Notes: generated by a model from the letters alone, not told the origin. A stretch of DNA of 64,000 bases from Escherichia coli (GCF_036507355.1 NZ_AP027877.1); one strand, 5' to 3'; positions 24,334 through 35,807 are shown, numbered from the stretch's first letter. Program-made: numbers and translations.

Positions 24334-24362
24334 TTGACGCTGCAAGGCTCTATACGCATAAT
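24334..24362 (+). promoter_or_regulatory. Candidate sigma70 promoter of the tRNA operon with a GC-rich discriminator
   Basis: -35 TTGACG (24334..24339), 17-bp spacer, -10 cATAAT (24357..24362), then gcgcccc; about 40 nt upstream of metT. Confidence 0.55.
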
Positions 24363-24402
24363 GCGCCCCGCAACGCCGATAAGGTATCGCGAAAAAAAAG
24401 AT

Positions 24403-24479
24403 GGCTACGTAGCTCAGTTGGTTAGAGCACATCACTCATAATGATGGGGTCACAGGTTCGAATCCCGTCGTAGCCACCA
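24403..24479 (+). tRNA. metT: tRNA-Met (anticodon CAU, elongator)
   Basis: GGCTACGTAGCTCAGTTGG...CGTCGTAGCCACCA; cloverleaf with anticodon loop cuCAUaa; encoded CCA. Confidence 0.95.
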
Positions 24480-24487
24480 TCTTTTTT

Positions 24488-24572
24488 GCGGGAGTGGCGA
24501 AATTGGTAGACGCACCAGATTTAGGTTCTGGCGCCGCAAGGTGTGCGAGTTCAAGTCTCGCCTCCCGCACCA
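24488..24572 (+). tRNA. leuW: tRNA-Leu (anticodon UAG), class II with long variable arm
   Basis: GCGGGAGTGGCGAAATTGG...CTCGCCTCCCGCACCA; anticodon loop uuUAGgu. Confidence 0.95.
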
Positions 24573-24595
24573 TTCACCAGAAAGCGTTGTACGGA

Positions 24596-24670
24596 TGGGG
24601 TATCGCCAAGCGGTAAGGCACCGGTTTTTGATACCGGCATTCCCTGGTTCGAATCCAGGTACCCCAGCCA
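24596..24670 (+). tRNA. glnU: tRNA-Gln (anticodon UUG)
   Basis: TGGGGTATCGCCAAGCGGTAAGGCACCGGTTTTTGATACCGG...CCCCAGCCA. Confidence 0.95.
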
Positions 24671-24704
24671 TCTTCTTCGAGTAAGCGGTTCACCGCCCGG
24701 TTAT

Positions 24705-24779
24705 TGGGGTATCGCCAAGCGGTAAGGCACCGGTTTTTGATACCGGCATTCCCTGGTTCGAATCCAGGTACCCCAGCCA
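24705..24779 (+). tRNA. glnW: tRNA-Gln (anticodon UUG), duplicate of the preceding gene
   Basis: Same sequence as glnU; the upstream spacer is also duplicated. Confidence 0.95.
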
Positions 24780-24794
24780 TCGAAGAAACAATCT

Positions 24795-24871
24795 GGCTAC
24801 GTAGCTCAGTTGGTTAGAGCACATCACTCATAATGATGGGGTCACAGGTTCGAATCCCGTCGTAGCCACCA
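24795..24871 (+). tRNA. metU: tRNA-Met (anticodon CAU, elongator), second copy
   Basis: Same sequence as metT. Confidence 0.95.
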
Positions 24872-24919
24872 AATTCTGAATGTGTCGAATATGTTCGGCA
24901 AATTCAAAAACCAATTTGT

Positions 24920-24994
24920 TGGGGTATCGCCAAGCGGTAAGGCACCGGATTCTGATTCCGGCATTCCGAGGTTCGAATCCTCGTACCCCAGCCA
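24920..24994 (+). tRNA. glnV: tRNA-Gln (anticodon CUG)
   Basis: TGGGGTATCGCCAAGCGGTAAGGCACCGGATTCTGATTCCGG...CCCCAGCCA. Confidence 0.95.
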
Positions 24995-25031
24995 ATTTAT
25001 TCAAGACGCTTACCTTGTAAGTGCACCCAGT

Positions 25032-25106
25032 TGGGGTATCGCCAAGCGGTAAGGCACCGGATTCTGATTCCGGCATTCCGAGGTTCGAATCCTCGTACCC
25101 CAGCCA
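25032..25106 (+). tRNA. glnX: tRNA-Gln (anticodon CUG), second copy
   Basis: Same sequence as glnV. Confidence 0.95.
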
Positions 25107-25110
25107 CATT

Positions 25111-25139
25111 AAAAAAGCTCGCTTCGGCGAGCTTTTTGC
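25111..25139 (+). terminator. Rho-independent terminator of the tRNA operon
   Basis: aaaaaagctcgcttcggcgagctttttgc: hairpin with TTCG tetraloop and T-tract. Confidence 0.8.
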
Positions 25140-25149
25140 TTTTCTGCGT

Positions 25150-25255
25150 TCATTCAATGTCGAATGCGATGTTGACACGTCTTATCCTTCAATGTCGGAT
25201 GCGACGCTGCCGCGTCTTATCCGACCTACGGTTGGCACGCATCCGGCAATGTTGT
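25150..25255. repeat. REP-like palindromic repeats (two related copies)
   Basis: caatgtcgaatgcgatgttgacacgtcttatcc / caatgtcggatgcgacgctgccgcgtcttatccgacctac ... gcatccggca. Confidence 0.65.
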
Positions 25256-25259
25256 AAGG

Positions 25260-26435
25260 CTACAACCCTAACGCATATTTCAGCGCCTGACGTTTCAACA
25301 CGCCAGCACGCTCCGCCGCCATCAAACCAAGATTACGCACAAAACGCAGCGGCGGCAGATTATTACTGAATCCGGCATAAAACAGATCCATACCGCTCTG
25401 CATAATGAAGTTATCCGCCATGCGCCGCATCTGGTAGCGCTTGAGGACAGGATAACTGGCCCACGCTTCGCCGTAGCTGCGGGCATTCACCAGAACATCA
25501 ATCAGGGCATCGACATCACGATAACCAAGATTCACCCCCTGCCCCGCCAGCGGATGGATGGTATGCGCGGCATCGCCCACCAGCGCAAGCCCTGGCTGCA
25601 CATACTGCAACGCATGGCGACGCGTCAGCGGAAACGCACCAGCGGCAAGCGGTGTAACGTAACCCAGACGCGACGGGAAATGCTTCGCGATTTCCGCCTG
25701 TAACTGCGCCATGTTCATATTCTGCAACTGGCGAATACGCGCCGGAGAGTCATACCACACCAGCGATGCCCAGTTATCAAACAACGGCAGAAACGCACGC
25801 GGTCCGTCCGGAGTAAATTGCTGCCAGGTGCTATCGCCGGGATCGTTCTCGCACTGGACGCTAATCAACATGCACGACTGCGCATACTGCCATGCATGAA
25901 CGCCAATTCCCGCCATCTGCCGCACCTGCGAATTTGCGCCGTCGGCACCAATCACCAGCTTCGCGCGAATCACTTCACCGCCTTTCAGCTCCAGCTCCTG
26001 AAGATCATTATCTCGATGTAATGCAATCAGCGAGGTTGGCACACGTAACGTTACTTTCGGATGCGCTTCCAGCGCCTGCCACAATGCCTGTTGCAGGACA
26101 GTGTTTTCTACCATATAGCCAAGCAACGGCAACTTTAATTCGGCTGCGTCAAATACCACATGCGCCGTTTCCCACTCCCACGTTTCCAGTCTGCGGTAAG
26201 GATGGCAACGCATAGCCTGTACTGCATCCCAGACCCCTAACCCTTTAAGCAATGATACCGAAGCCGCGCTGATCGCCGAGATCCGCACGTCCGGTTGGCT
26301 ATCAGCGACAAACGGTGCAGGTTCTGCGTGCTCGATCACCGTTACCGTAAATCCGTGCTGTGCCAGCCCCAGCGCCAGTGCGCCGCCGACCATTCCTCCG
26401 CCGACAATGGCAATTTCCGTTGGTTGATTTGTCAT
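25260..26435 (-). CDS. ubiF: FAD-dependent ubiquinone-biosynthesis hydroxylase UbiF (391 aa)
   Basis: ORF 25260..26441; ATG at 26435 gives MTNQPTEIAIVGGGMVGGALALG (Rossmann FAD motif). Confidence 0.93.
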   Translation of the reverse strand: MTNQPTEIAIVGGGMVGGALALGLAQHGFTVTVIEHAEPAPFVADSQPDVRISAISAASVSLLKGLGVWDAVQAMRCHPYRRLETWEWETAHVVFDAAELKLPLLGYMVENTVLQQALWQALEAHPKVTLRVPTSLIALHRDNDLQELELKGGEVIRAKLVIGADGANSQVRQMAGIGVHAWQYAQSCMLISVQCENDPGDSTWQQFTPDGPRAFLPLFDNWASLVWYDSPARIRQLQNMNMAQLQAEIAKHFPSRLGYVTPLAAGAFPLTRRHALQYVQPGLALVGDAAHTIHPLAGQGVNLGYRDVDALIDVLVNARSYGEAWASYPVLKRYQMRRMADNFIMQSGMDLFYAGFSNNLPPLRFVRNLGLMAAERAGVLKRQALKYALGL

Positions 26436-26580
26436 GGTCAATCATCCTGTTAGCAATATGCTTTAAGTTTACAGGATTTTTACCCCCAAGGGCTGATAAC
26501 GCTCATACTGGTCACAACGGCAGCAAAGCATTACACTATGCGCCCTGCATTCCTGGCTACTATTTCGCAAGAGCAAGTCG

Positions 26581-28005
26581 ATGACCAAAAAACTCCATAT
26601 TAAAACCTGGGGCTGTCAGATGAACGAGTACGATTCATCGAAGATGGCCGATCTGCTGGATGCCACCCACGGCTATCAACTGACCGACGTGGCGGAAGAA
26701 GCGGATGTGCTGCTGCTGAACACCTGCTCAATCCGCGAGAAGGCTCAGGAAAAAGTCTTCCATCAGTTGGGTCGCTGGAAACTGTTAAAAGAGAAGAATC
26801 CAGACCTGATTATCGGCGTCGGTGGCTGCGTGGCATCGCAAGAAGGCGAGCACATTCGCCAGCGCGCCCACTATGTCGATATTATTTTTGGGCCGCAAAC
26901 GCTGCACCGTCTGCCGGAGATGATCAACTCCGTGCGCGGCGACCGCAGCCCGGTTGTAGATATCAGCTTCCCGGAAATCGAGAAGTTTGACCGTCTACCG
27001 GAACCGCGCGCCGAAGGGCCGACCGCGTTTGTCTCCATCATGGAAGGCTGCAATAAATATTGCACCTACTGCGTGGTGCCTTACACCCGTGGTGAAGAGG
27101 TAAGCCGTCCGTCTGACGATATTCTGTTTGAGATTGCCCAGCTTGCGGCTCAGGGCGTGCGTGAAGTCAACCTGCTCGGTCAGAACGTGAACGCCTGGCG
27201 TGGTGAAAACTACGACGGCACCACCGGATCGTTTGCCGATCTGTTGCGTCTGGTTGCTGCGATCGACGGGATCGATCGTATTCGCTTTACCACCAGCCAT
27301 CCGATCGAATTCACCGACGATATCATCGAAGTGTATCGCGACACGCCGGAGCTGGTGAGCTTCCTGCACCTGCCGGTACAGAGCGGTTCCGATCGTATTC
27401 TGAACCTGATGGGACGTACCCATACGGCGCTGGAGTACAAAGCGATCATCCGTAAACTGCGTGCGGCGCGTCCGGATATTCAGATCAGTTCTGACTTCAT
27501 CGTTGGCTTCCCTGGCGAAACCACCGAAGACTTCGAGAAAACGATGAAGCTGATTGCCGACGTCAATTTCGACATGAGCTACAGCTTTATCTTCTCTGCA
27601 CGTCCAGGAACGCCTGCCGCTGATATGGTTGATGATGTTCCGGAAGAAGAGAAGAAGCAGCGTCTGTATATTCTGCAAGAACGTATCAATCAGCAAGCGA
27701 TGGCATGGAGCCGTCGGATGCTCGGCACCACCCAGCGTATTCTGGTAGAAGGGACTTCACGTAAGAGCATCATGGAGCTTTCCGGGCGTACCGAAAATAA
27801 TCGTGTGGTCAACTTCGAGGGCACACCGGATATGATCGGTAAATTCGTCGATGTAGAAATTACCGACGTCTACCCGAACTCTCTGCGCGGTAAAGTGGTG
27901 CGAACTGAAGATGAAATGGGTCTGCGCGTGGCAGAAACACCGGAATCGGTGATTGCCCGTACTCGCAAAGAAAACGACCTTGGTGTGGGTTATTATCAGC
28001 CGTAA
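26581..28005 (+). CDS. miaB: tRNA-i6A37 methylthiotransferase MiaB (474 aa)
   Basis: ORF 26581..28005; radical-[11 protein letters not shown] cluster, N-terminal MTTase domain, C-terminal TRAM domain. Confidence 0.96.
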
Positions 28006-28157
28006 TTCTCAGGCCCGCCGTTCCGGTGGGCCTTGTTTTTTCTCTCTTTATCCCCATCTTTATCGCAATGCTTGCGCCTTTTTCCTGTGGCGTGAATAAT
28101 TTCCTTATAGGCCGGTGAATGTTCAGCTTCCGGCGGCATACAGATAAGAGGAACGGT

Positions 28158-29198
28158 TTGAACATAGACACTCGCGAAATCACCCTGGAGCCAGCAGACA
28201 ATGCGCGTCTGTTGAGCCTGTGCGGCCCGTTTGATGACAACATCAAGCAGCTCGAACGCCGTCTCGGCATCGAGATCAATCGCCGCGATAACCACTTTAA
28301 ACTGACCGGCCGTCCGATTTGCGTCACCGCTGCGGCAGACATTCTGCGTAGCCTGTATGTCGATACTGCCCCGATGCGCGGTCAGATTCAGGATATCGAA
28401 CCGGAACAGATCCACCTTGCGATTAAAGAAGCGCGGGTATTGGAGCAAAGTGCGGAGAGCGTGCCGGAGTACGGCAAAGCGGTCAATATCAAAACCAAAC
28501 GCGGCGTAATTAAGCCGCGCACGCCAAACCAGGCGCAGTACATCGCCAATATTCTCGACCATGACATTACCTTCGGCGTTGGCCCGGCGGGTACGGGTAA
28601 AACCTACCTGGCAGTGGCTGCAGCAGTTGATGCCCTGGAGCGTCAGGAAATTCGCCGTATTCTGCTGACTCGTCCGGCGGTCGAAGCCGGTGAGAAACTG
28701 GGCTTCCTGCCTGGCGATTTAAGCCAGAAAGTAGCCCCGTATCTGCGCCCACTGTACGACGCGCTGTTTGAAATGCTGGGCTTTGAGAAAGTCGAGAAAC
28801 TGATTGAGCGCAACGTTATTGAAGTCGCGCCGCTGGCCTATATGCGTGGTCGTACGCTGAATGACGCCTTTATCATTCTCGATGAGAGCCAGAACACCAC
28901 CATCGAACAGATGAAGATGTTCCTGACCCGTATCGGTTTTAACTCAAAAGCGGTTATCACCGGCGACGTCACACAGATCGACCTGCCGCGTAATACTAAA
29001 TCAGGCTTACGTCATGCCATCGACGTGCTGGCCGATGTCGAAGAGATCAGCTTTAACTTCTTCCACAGCGAAGACGTGGTTCGTCACCCGGTGGTGGCGC
29101 GTATCGTTAACGCCTATGAAGCCTGGGAAGAAGCCGAACAAAAACGTAAAGCGGCGCTGGCGGCAGAACGCAAGCGCGAAGAACAGGAACAAAAATGA
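28158..29198 (+). CDS. ybeZ: PhoH-like ATPase YbeZ (346 aa from TTG at 28158; ORF is open from 28119)
   Basis: Walker [11 protein letters not shown] aagaggaa precedes TTG 28158; first gene of the ybeZYX-lnt cluster. Confidence 0.9.
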
Positions 29199-29662
29199 GT
29201 CAGGTGATCCTCGATTTACAACTGGCATGTGAAGATAACTCCGGATTGCCGGAAGAGAGCCAGTTTCAAACATGGCTGAATGCGGTGATCCCGCAGTTTC
29301 AGGAAGAGTCGGAAGTGACGATTCGCGTGGTCGATACCGCCGAAAGCCACAGTCTCAATCTGACCTATCGCGGTAAGGATAAGCCAACCAACGTGCTCTC
29401 CTTCCCGTTTGAAGTGCCGCCCGGCATGGAGATGTCGCTACTGGGCGATCTGGTTATCTGCCGTCAGGTGGTTGAGAAGGAAGCACAGGAGCAAGGCAAA
29501 CCACTGGAGGCGCACTGGGCGCATATGGTGGTGCACGGCAGTCTGCATTTGTTAGGTTACGATCACATCGAAGATGACGAAGCAGAAGAAATGGAAGCCC
29601 TCGAAACAGAGATTATGCTTGCTCTGGGCTATGAGGATCCGTACATTGCCGAGAAAGAATAA
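29195..29662 (+). CDS. ybeY: rRNA maturation endoribonuclease YbeY (155 aa)
   Basis: ORF 29195..29662; metal-binding HGxLHLxGYDH motif; 4-nt overlap with ybeZ. Confidence 0.96.
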
Positions 29663-29751
29663 TTTGCCAGGCATTTGACTGGCAGACGTCCCCGCCGTTG
29701 GTGATTAACGACGGCGTTTTGATTAACTAACATGAGAACCCATACGACGCC

Positions 29752-30630
29752 ATGAGCGACGACAATTCACACAGTAGTGACACGATAAGCAACAAGAAGG
29801 GATTTTTCTCCCTGTTACTCAGCCAACTTTTCCACGGTGAACCGAAAAACCGTGACGAACTGCTGGCGCTGATCCGTGATTCCGGGCAGAACGACCTTAT
29901 CGACGAAGATACGCGCGATATGCTCGAAGGGGTGATGGACATCGCAGACCAACGCGTCCGCGACATCATGATCCCCCGCTCCCAGATGATTACCCTGAAA
30001 CGCAACCAGACGCTGGACGAATGCCTTGATGTCATCATCGAGTCCGCCCACTCACGTTTCCCGGTGATTAGCGAAGACAAAGATCACATTGAAGGGATTC
30101 TGATGGCGAAAGACTTGCTGCCGTTTATGCGCAGCGATGCTGAAGCCTTCAGCATGGACAAAGTGTTACGTCAGGCGGTTGTCGTTCCTGAAAGTAAGCG
30201 CGTAGACCGAATGCTGAAAGAGTTTCGCTCTCAGCGTTACCACATGGCGATCGTCATTGACGAATTCGGTGGGGTTTCCGGTCTGGTGACCATTGAAGAC
30301 ATCCTGGAACTGATTGTTGGTGAGATTGAAGACGAGTATGACGAAGAAGATGATATCGACTTCCGTCAGCTGAGTCGTCATACCTGGACCGTGCGCGCAC
30401 TGGCTTCCATTGAAGACTTCAACGAAGCGTTCGGCACCCACTTTAGCGATGAAGAAGTCGACACTATCGGTGGTCTGGTGATGCAGGCATTCGGGCATCT
30501 TCCAGCGCGTGGTGAAACCATCGACATCGACGGTTACCAGTTCAAAGTGGCGATGGCTGACAGTCGGCGTATTATTCAGGTTCATGTCAAAATCCCGGAT
30601 GACTCACCCCAGCCGAAGCTGGATGAATAA
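29752..30630 (+). CDS. corC: CBS-domain magnesium/cobalt efflux protein CorC/YbeX (292 aa)
   Basis: ORF 29752..30630; tandem CBS domains plus C-terminal CorC_HlyC domain. Confidence 0.95.
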   Translation: MSDDNSHSSDTISNKKGFFSLLLSQLFHGEPKNRDELLALIRDSGQNDLIDEDTRDMLEGVMDIADQRVRDIMIPRSQMITLKRNQTLDECLDVIIESAHSRFPVISEDKDHIEGILMAKDLLPFMRSDAEAFSMDKVLRQAVVVPESKRVDRMLKEFRSQRYHMAIVIDEFGGVSGLVTIEDILELIVGEIEDEYDEEDDIDFRQLSRHTWTVRALASIEDFNEAFGTHFSDEEVDTIGGLVMQAFGHLPARGETIDIDGYQFKVAMADSRRIIQVHVKIPDDSPQPKLDE

Positions 30631-30654
30631 AACCGAAACTGGATAGATAACTAC

Positions 30655-32193
30655 ATGGCTTTTGCCTCATTAATTGAACGCCAGCGCATTCGCCTGCTGC
30701 TGGCGTTATTATTCGGTGCCTGCGGAACGCTGGCCTTCTCTCCTTACGACGTCTGGCCTGCGGCGATTATTTCGCTGATGGGGCTTCAGGCGCTGACCTT
30801 TAATCGCCGTCCACTCCAGTCTGCCGCTATTGGCTTTTGCTGGGGATTTGGCCTCTTTGGCAGCGGTATTAACTGGGTCTATGTCAGCATCGCGACCTTT
30901 GGCGGAATGCCTGGCCCGGTTAACATCTTCCTGGTGGTACTGCTGGCGGCGTATTTGTCGCTGTATACCGGACTGTTTGCTGGCGTGCTGTCGCGCCTGT
31001 GGCCGAAAACCACCTGGCTGCGCGTGGCGATTGCCGCTCCTGCTCTCTGGCAAGTGACCGAGTTTCTGCGCGGTTGGGTACTGACAGGCTTCCCGTGGTT
31101 ACAGTTCGGCTATAGCCAGATTGACGGCCCGTTAAAAGGGCTGGCACCGATAATGGGCGTGGAAGCCATTAACTTCCTGCTGATGATGGTTAGTGGCCTG
31201 CTGGCACTGGCGTTGGTCAAACGCAACTGGCGTCCGCTGGTAGTGGCCGTCGTGCTGTTTGCCCTACCCTTCCCGCTGCGTTACATCCAATGGTTTACCC
31301 CGCAACCGGAGAAAACCATTCAGGTTTCGATGGTTCAGGGCGATATTCCGCAATCGCTGAAATGGGACGAAGGCCAGCTTCTTAATACGCTGAAGATTTA
31401 CTACAACGCAACGGCACCGCTGATGGGCAAATCATCGTTGATTATCTGGCCGGAGTCGGCGATAACCGATCTGGAAATTAATCAGCAACCGTTCCTCAAA
31501 GCACTGGACGGTGAGTTGCGTGATAAAGGGAGTACGCTGGTGACCGGGATTGTTGACGCGCGTCTTAATAAGCAGAACCGTTACGATACCTACAACACCA
31601 TCATCACACTGGGTAAAGGTGCACCGTACAGCTACGAATCAGCCGATCGCTATAACAAAAACCATCTGGTGCCGTTTGGCGAGTTTGTCCCGCTGGAGTC
31701 GATTCTGCGTCCGTTAGCACCGTTCTTTGATCTGCCGATGTCGTCGTTCAGCCGTGGGCCATATATCCAGCCGCCGCTGTCGGCAAATGGTATTGAGCTT
31801 ACTGCGGCTATTTGCTACGAGATCATTCTCGGCGAGCAAGTGCGCGATAACTTCCGCCCGGATACCGACTATCTGCTGACTATCTCCAACGATGCGTGGT
31901 TTGGTAAGTCTATTGGTCCATGGCAGCACTTCCAGATGGCGCGAATGCGTGCGCTGGAGCTGGCGCGCCCACTGTTGCGCAGCACCAACAACGGCATTAC
32001 GGCGGTGATTGGCCCGCAGGGTGAGATTCAGGCGATGATCCCGCAGTTCACCCGCGAGGTGTTAACCACTAACGTGACGCCGACCACCGGACTCACACCA
32101 TACGCACGTACCGGCAACTGGCCGCTGTGGGTGCTGACGGCACTGTTTGGTTTTGCTGCTGTGTTGATGAGTCTGCGTCAGCGACGTAAATAA
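30655..32193 (+). CDS. lnt: Apolipoprotein N-acyltransferase Lnt (512 aa)
   Basis: ORF 30655..32193; polytopic N-terminus plus CN-hydrolase domain with catalytic Cys (AAICYE). Confidence 0.96.
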   Translation: MAFASLIERQRIRLLLALLFGACGTLAFSPYDVWPAAIISLMGLQALTFNRRPLQSAAIGFCWGFGLFGSGINWVYVSIATFGGMPGPVNIFLVVLLAAYLSLYTGLFAGVLSRLWPKTTWLRVAIAAPALWQVTEFLRGWVLTGFPWLQFGYSQIDGPLKGLAPIMGVEAINFLLMMVSGLLALALVKRNWRPLVVAVVLFALPFPLRYIQWFTPQPEKTIQVSMVQGDIPQSLKWDEGQLLNTLKIYYNATAPLMGKSSLIIWPESAITDLEINQQPFLKALDGELRDKGSTLVTGIVDARLNKQNRYDTYNTIITLGKGAPYSYESADRYNKNHLVPFGEFVPLESILRPLAPFFDLPMSSFSRGPYIQPPLSANGIELTAAICYEIILGEQVRDNFRPDTDYLLTISNDAWFGKSIGPWQHFQMARMRALELARPLLRSTNNGITAVIGPQGEIQAMIPQFTREVLTTNVTPTTGLTPYARTGNWPLWVLTALFGFAAVLMSLRQRRK

Positions 32194-32237
32194 CCCCTTC
32201 TTATCGTGCCGGAATACATCCCATATTTCGGCACGCT

Positions 32238-32267
32238 CACCGGATGCGGCATCAGTGCATTATCCGG
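32238..32267. repeat. REP-like palindrome in the lnt-gltI spacer
   Basis: caccggatgcggcatcagtgcattatccgg, a degenerate REP. Confidence 0.45.
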
Positions 32268-32589
32268 ATAACAATATTCTCCTATCCAACTTTGGCACAT
32301 CTATTGCTTTGTTATACAAGGCAAAGCTTTAACCAGCATCAGTACAACCCGGTTGCACCACAGCAATCCGCCGGTAGCACCAAAAGAGTGCATTTTAAGA
32401 ATTTTGCTTCGGAATGGTGCGGTGCACTTCGCAAAAACAAACAATAAAACATCAATATCTTTACATTTAGCCAAACTAAATGTTACCTAACAGTCACAAC
32501 ACTGCACAATAAAGTTGCAGACGATAACAACACAAACACTCACAACGGGTATCCATGCGTTCTTAACGCAGAAGATAAAGGAGTTGGAT

Positions 32590-33498
32590 ATGCAATTACG
32601 TAAACCTGCCACAGCAATCCTAGCCCTTGCGCTTTCCGCAGGACTGGCACAGGCAGATGACGCCGCCCCGGCAGCGGGCAGTACGCTGGACAAAATCGCC
32701 AAAAACGGCGTGATTGTCGTCGGTCACCGTGAATCTTCAGTACCTTTCTCTTATTACGACAATCAGCAAAAAGTGGTGGGTTATTCGCAGGATTACTCCA
32801 ACGCCATTGTTGAAGCAGTGAAAAAGAAACTCAACAAACCGGACTTGCAGGTGAAATTGATTCCGATCACCTCACAAAACCGTATTCCTCTTCTGCAAAA
32901 CGGCACTTTCGATTTTGAATGTGGTTCTACCACCAACAACGTCGAACGCCAAAAACAGGCGGCTTTCTCTGACACTATTTTCGTGGTCGGTACGCGCCTG
33001 TTGACCAAAAAGGGCGGCGATATCAAAGATTTTGCCGACCTGAAAGGCAAAGCCGTAGTCGTCACTTCCGGCACTACCTCTGAAGTTTTGCTCAACAAAC
33101 TGAATGAAGAGCAAAAAATGAATATGCGCATCATCAGCGCCAAAGATCACGGTGACTCTTTCCGTACCCTGGAAAGCGGTCGTGCCGTTGCCTTTATGAT
33201 GGATGATGCTCTGCTGGCCGGTGAACGTGCGAAAGCGAAGAAACCAGACAACTGGGATATCGTCGGCAAGCCGCAGTCTCAGGAAGCCTACGGTTGCATG
33301 TTGCGTAAAGACGATCCGCAGTTCAAAAAGCTGATGGATGACACTATCGCTCAGGTGCAGACCTCCGGCGAAGCGGAAAAATGGTTTGATAAATGGTTCA
33401 AAAATCCCATTCCGCCGAAAAACCTGAACATGAATTTCGAACTGTCAGACGAAATGAAAGCACTGTTCAAAGAACCGAATGACAAGGCACTGAACTAA
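32590..33498 (+). CDS. gltI: Glutamate/aspartate ABC transporter periplasmic binding protein GltI (302 aa)
   Basis: ORF 32515..33498; ATG at 32590 preceded by AAGGAG; signal peptide MQLRKPATAILALALSAGLAQA. Confidence 0.93.
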   Translation: MQLRKPATAILALALSAGLAQADDAAPAAGSTLDKIAKNGVIVVGHRESSVPFSYYDNQQKVVGYSQDYSNAIVEAVKKKLNKPDLQVKLIPITSQNRIPLLQNGTFDFECGSTTNNVERQKQAAFSDTIFVVGTRLLTKKGGDIKDFADLKGKAVVVTSGTTSEVLLNKLNEEQKMNMRIISAKDHGDSFRTLESGRAVAFMMDDALLAGERAKAKKPDNWDIVGKPQSQEAYGCMLRKDDPQFKKLMDDTIAQVQTSGEAEKWFDKWFKNPIPPKNLNMNFELSDEMKALFKEPNDKALN

Positions 33499-33654
33499 TT
33501 ACAAGAACCAGGGGCGGAAATTCTAGCCCTCTCGATTGTTACGTAGCACGGACAGACTATACGCCTGATGGTCGTTCCCCATCGGGCCTGAAAACCGCAA
33601 TACGCTGGGTAACAATCTTCGAGGGTAGCAGTTAACGCTGCTACCCTCTTTTTT
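33499..33654 (+). ncRNA. sroC: SroC sRNA (GcvB sponge) processed from the gltI-gltJ spacer; 5' end approximate
   Basis: The 169-bp gltI-gltJ spacer ends in hairpin gagggtagcagttaacgctgctaccctc plus T6; sequence recalled as the sroC locus of E. coli/Salmonella. Confidence 0.7.
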
Positions 33655-33667
33655 CTGGAGTAGATTT

Positions 33668-34408
33668 ATGTCTATAGACTGGAACTGGGGTATTTTTTTA
33701 CAACAAGCCCCGTTCGGCAACACCACCTATCTTGGTTGGATCTGGAGTGGTTTTCAGGTGACGATCGCTTTGTCGATCTGCGCCTGGATTATCGCTTTCC
33801 TCGTCGGTTCATTTTTCGGCATTTTACGTACCGTTCCAAACCGTTTTCTATCCGGTCTGGGTACGTTGTATGTCGAACTGTTCCGCAACGTGCCGTTGAT
33901 TGTGCAATTCTTTACCTGGTATCTGGTGATCCCGGAGCTGCTGCCGGAGAAAATCGGCATGTGGTTTAAGGCCGAGCTGGATCCCAATATTCAGTTTTTC
34001 CTTTCATCCATGCTCTGCCTGGGGCTGTTTACTGCGGCTCGCGTTTGCGAACAGGTACGCGCCGCGATTCAGTCGCTGCCGCGCGGGCAAAAAAATGCCG
34101 CGCTGGCGATGGGGCTGACGCTGCCGCAGGCTTACCGCTATGTACTGTTGCCTAATGCTTATCGCGTTATCGTCCCGCCGATGACTTCCGAGATGATGAA
34201 CCTGGTGAAAAACTCCGCCATCGCCTCGACTATCGGTCTGGTGGATATGGCGGCGCAGGCGGGTAAATTGCTCGATTACTCGGCCCACGCCTGGGAGTCG
34301 TTTACCGCCATTACGCTAGCGTATGTGTTGATTAACGCTTTTATCATGCTGGTGATGACGCTGGTTGAACGTAAAGTTCGCCTGCCCGGCAACATGGGGG
34401 GCAAATAA
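33668..34408 (+). CDS. gltJ: Glutamate/aspartate ABC transporter permease GltJ (246 aa)
   Basis: ORF 33668..34408; polar-amino-acid permease fold. Confidence 0.95.
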
Positions 34409-35082
34409 TGTACGAGTTTGACTGGAGTTCTATTGTCCCTTCCCTGCCGTATCTGCTGGATGGGCTGGTGATCACCCTGAAAATCACCGTCACGGCAGTC
34501 GTGATTGGTATTTTGTGGGGCACCATGCTGGCGGTGATGCGCTTGTCCAGCTTTGCGCCCGTAGCGTGGTTTGCCAAAGCCTACGTTAACGTATTCCGCT
34601 CGATTCCTTTAGTTATGGTTTTGCTGTGGTTTTACCTGATCGTGCCGGGTTTTCTGCAAAACGTGCTGGGATTATCACCAAAAAATGATATCCGTTTAAT
34701 TTCGGCGATGGTGGCGTTTTCGATGTTTGAAGCGGCCTACTATTCAGAGATTATCCGTGCTGGTATTCAAAGTATTTCTCGTGGTCAGTCGAGCGCCGCG
34801 CTGGCGTTGGGAATGACTCACTGGCAGTCGATGAAACTGATTATTCTGCCGCAGGCGTTCCGCGCGATGGTGCCGCTGCTGCTTACTCAGGGCATCGTAC
34901 TGTTCCAGGATACCTCACTGGTGTATGTGTTATCTCTGGCCGATTTCTTCCGTACCGCCTCAACCATTGGTGAGCGTGATGGTACGCAGGTTGAGATGAT
35001 CCTGTTTGCCGGATTTGTTTATTTCGTTATTAGCCTTAGCGCGTCGTTGTTGGTCAGCTACTTGAAAAGAAGGACAGCATAA
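34408..35082 (+). CDS. gltK: Glutamate/aspartate ABC transporter permease GltK (224 aa)
   Basis: ORF 34408..35082; 1-nt overlap with gltJ. Confidence 0.95.
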
Positions 35083-35807
35083 TGATTACCCTGAAAAATG
35101 TTTCAAAATGGTATGGTCACTTTCAGGTGCTGACCGACTGCTCAACCGAAGTGAAAAAAGGCGAAGTGGTGGTGGTTTGCGGCCCGTCTGGTTCCGGCAA
35201 ATCAACGCTGATTAAAACCGTCAACGGCCTCGAACCGGTGCAGCAAGGTGAAATCACCGTCGATGGTATCGTGGTTAACGACAAGAAAACCGATCTGGCA
35301 AAGCTGCGTTCCCGCGTCGGGATGGTATTCCAGCATTTCGAGCTGTTCCCTCATCTGTCGATTATCGAAAACCTGACCCTGGCGCAGGTGAAAGTGCTTA
35401 AACGCGATAAAGCACCCGCTCGTGAAAAAGCATTGAAATTGCTGGAGCGCGTGGGACTTTCCGCACATGCCAATAAATTTCCGGCACAGCTTTCCGGCGG
35501 TCAGCAGCAGCGTGTGGCGATCGCTCGCGCATTGTGTATGGATCCTATTGCCATGCTGTTCGACGAACCGACATCGGCGCTGGATCCGGAGATGATCAAC
35601 GAAGTGCTGGACGTAATGGTCGAACTGGCGAATGAAGGAATGACCATGATGGTGGTGACCCACGAAATGGGCTTTGCCCGTAAAGTGGCGAATCGGGTGA
35701 TCTTTATGGATGAGGGTAAAATTGTCGAAGACTCGCCGAAAGATGCGTTCTTCGATGATCCGAAATCGGACCGCGCAAAAGACTTCCTCGCGAAAATCCT
35801 GCATTAA
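35082..35807 (+). CDS. gltL: Glutamate/aspartate ABC transporter ATP-binding protein GltL (241 aa)
   Basis: ORF 35082..35807; Walker [13 protein letters not shown] signature LSGGQQQR, Walker [12 protein letters not shown]. Confidence 0.96.
   Translation: MITLKNVSKWYGHFQVLTDCSTEVKKGEVVVVCGPSGSGKSTLIKTVNGLEPVQQGEITVDGIVVNDKKTDLAKLRSRVGMVFQHFELFPHLSIIENLTLAQVKVLKRDKAPAREKALKLLERVGLSAHANKFPAQLSGGQQQRVAIARALCMDPIAMLFDEPTSALDPEMINEVLDVMVELANEGMTMMVVTHEMGFARKVANRVIFMDEGKIVEDSPKDAFFDDPKSDRAKDFLAKILH

Noticed and set aside
24024-25259. Genomic island or integrase next to the tRNA cluster
   Set aside because: The tRNA operon is flanked directly by asnB and ubiF with only a promoter, terminator and REP-like repeats; no integrase, att-like direct repeats of tRNA 3' ends, or foreign ORFs.
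26995-27696. 233-aa ORF on the minus strand
   Set aside because: Antisense shadow of miaB.
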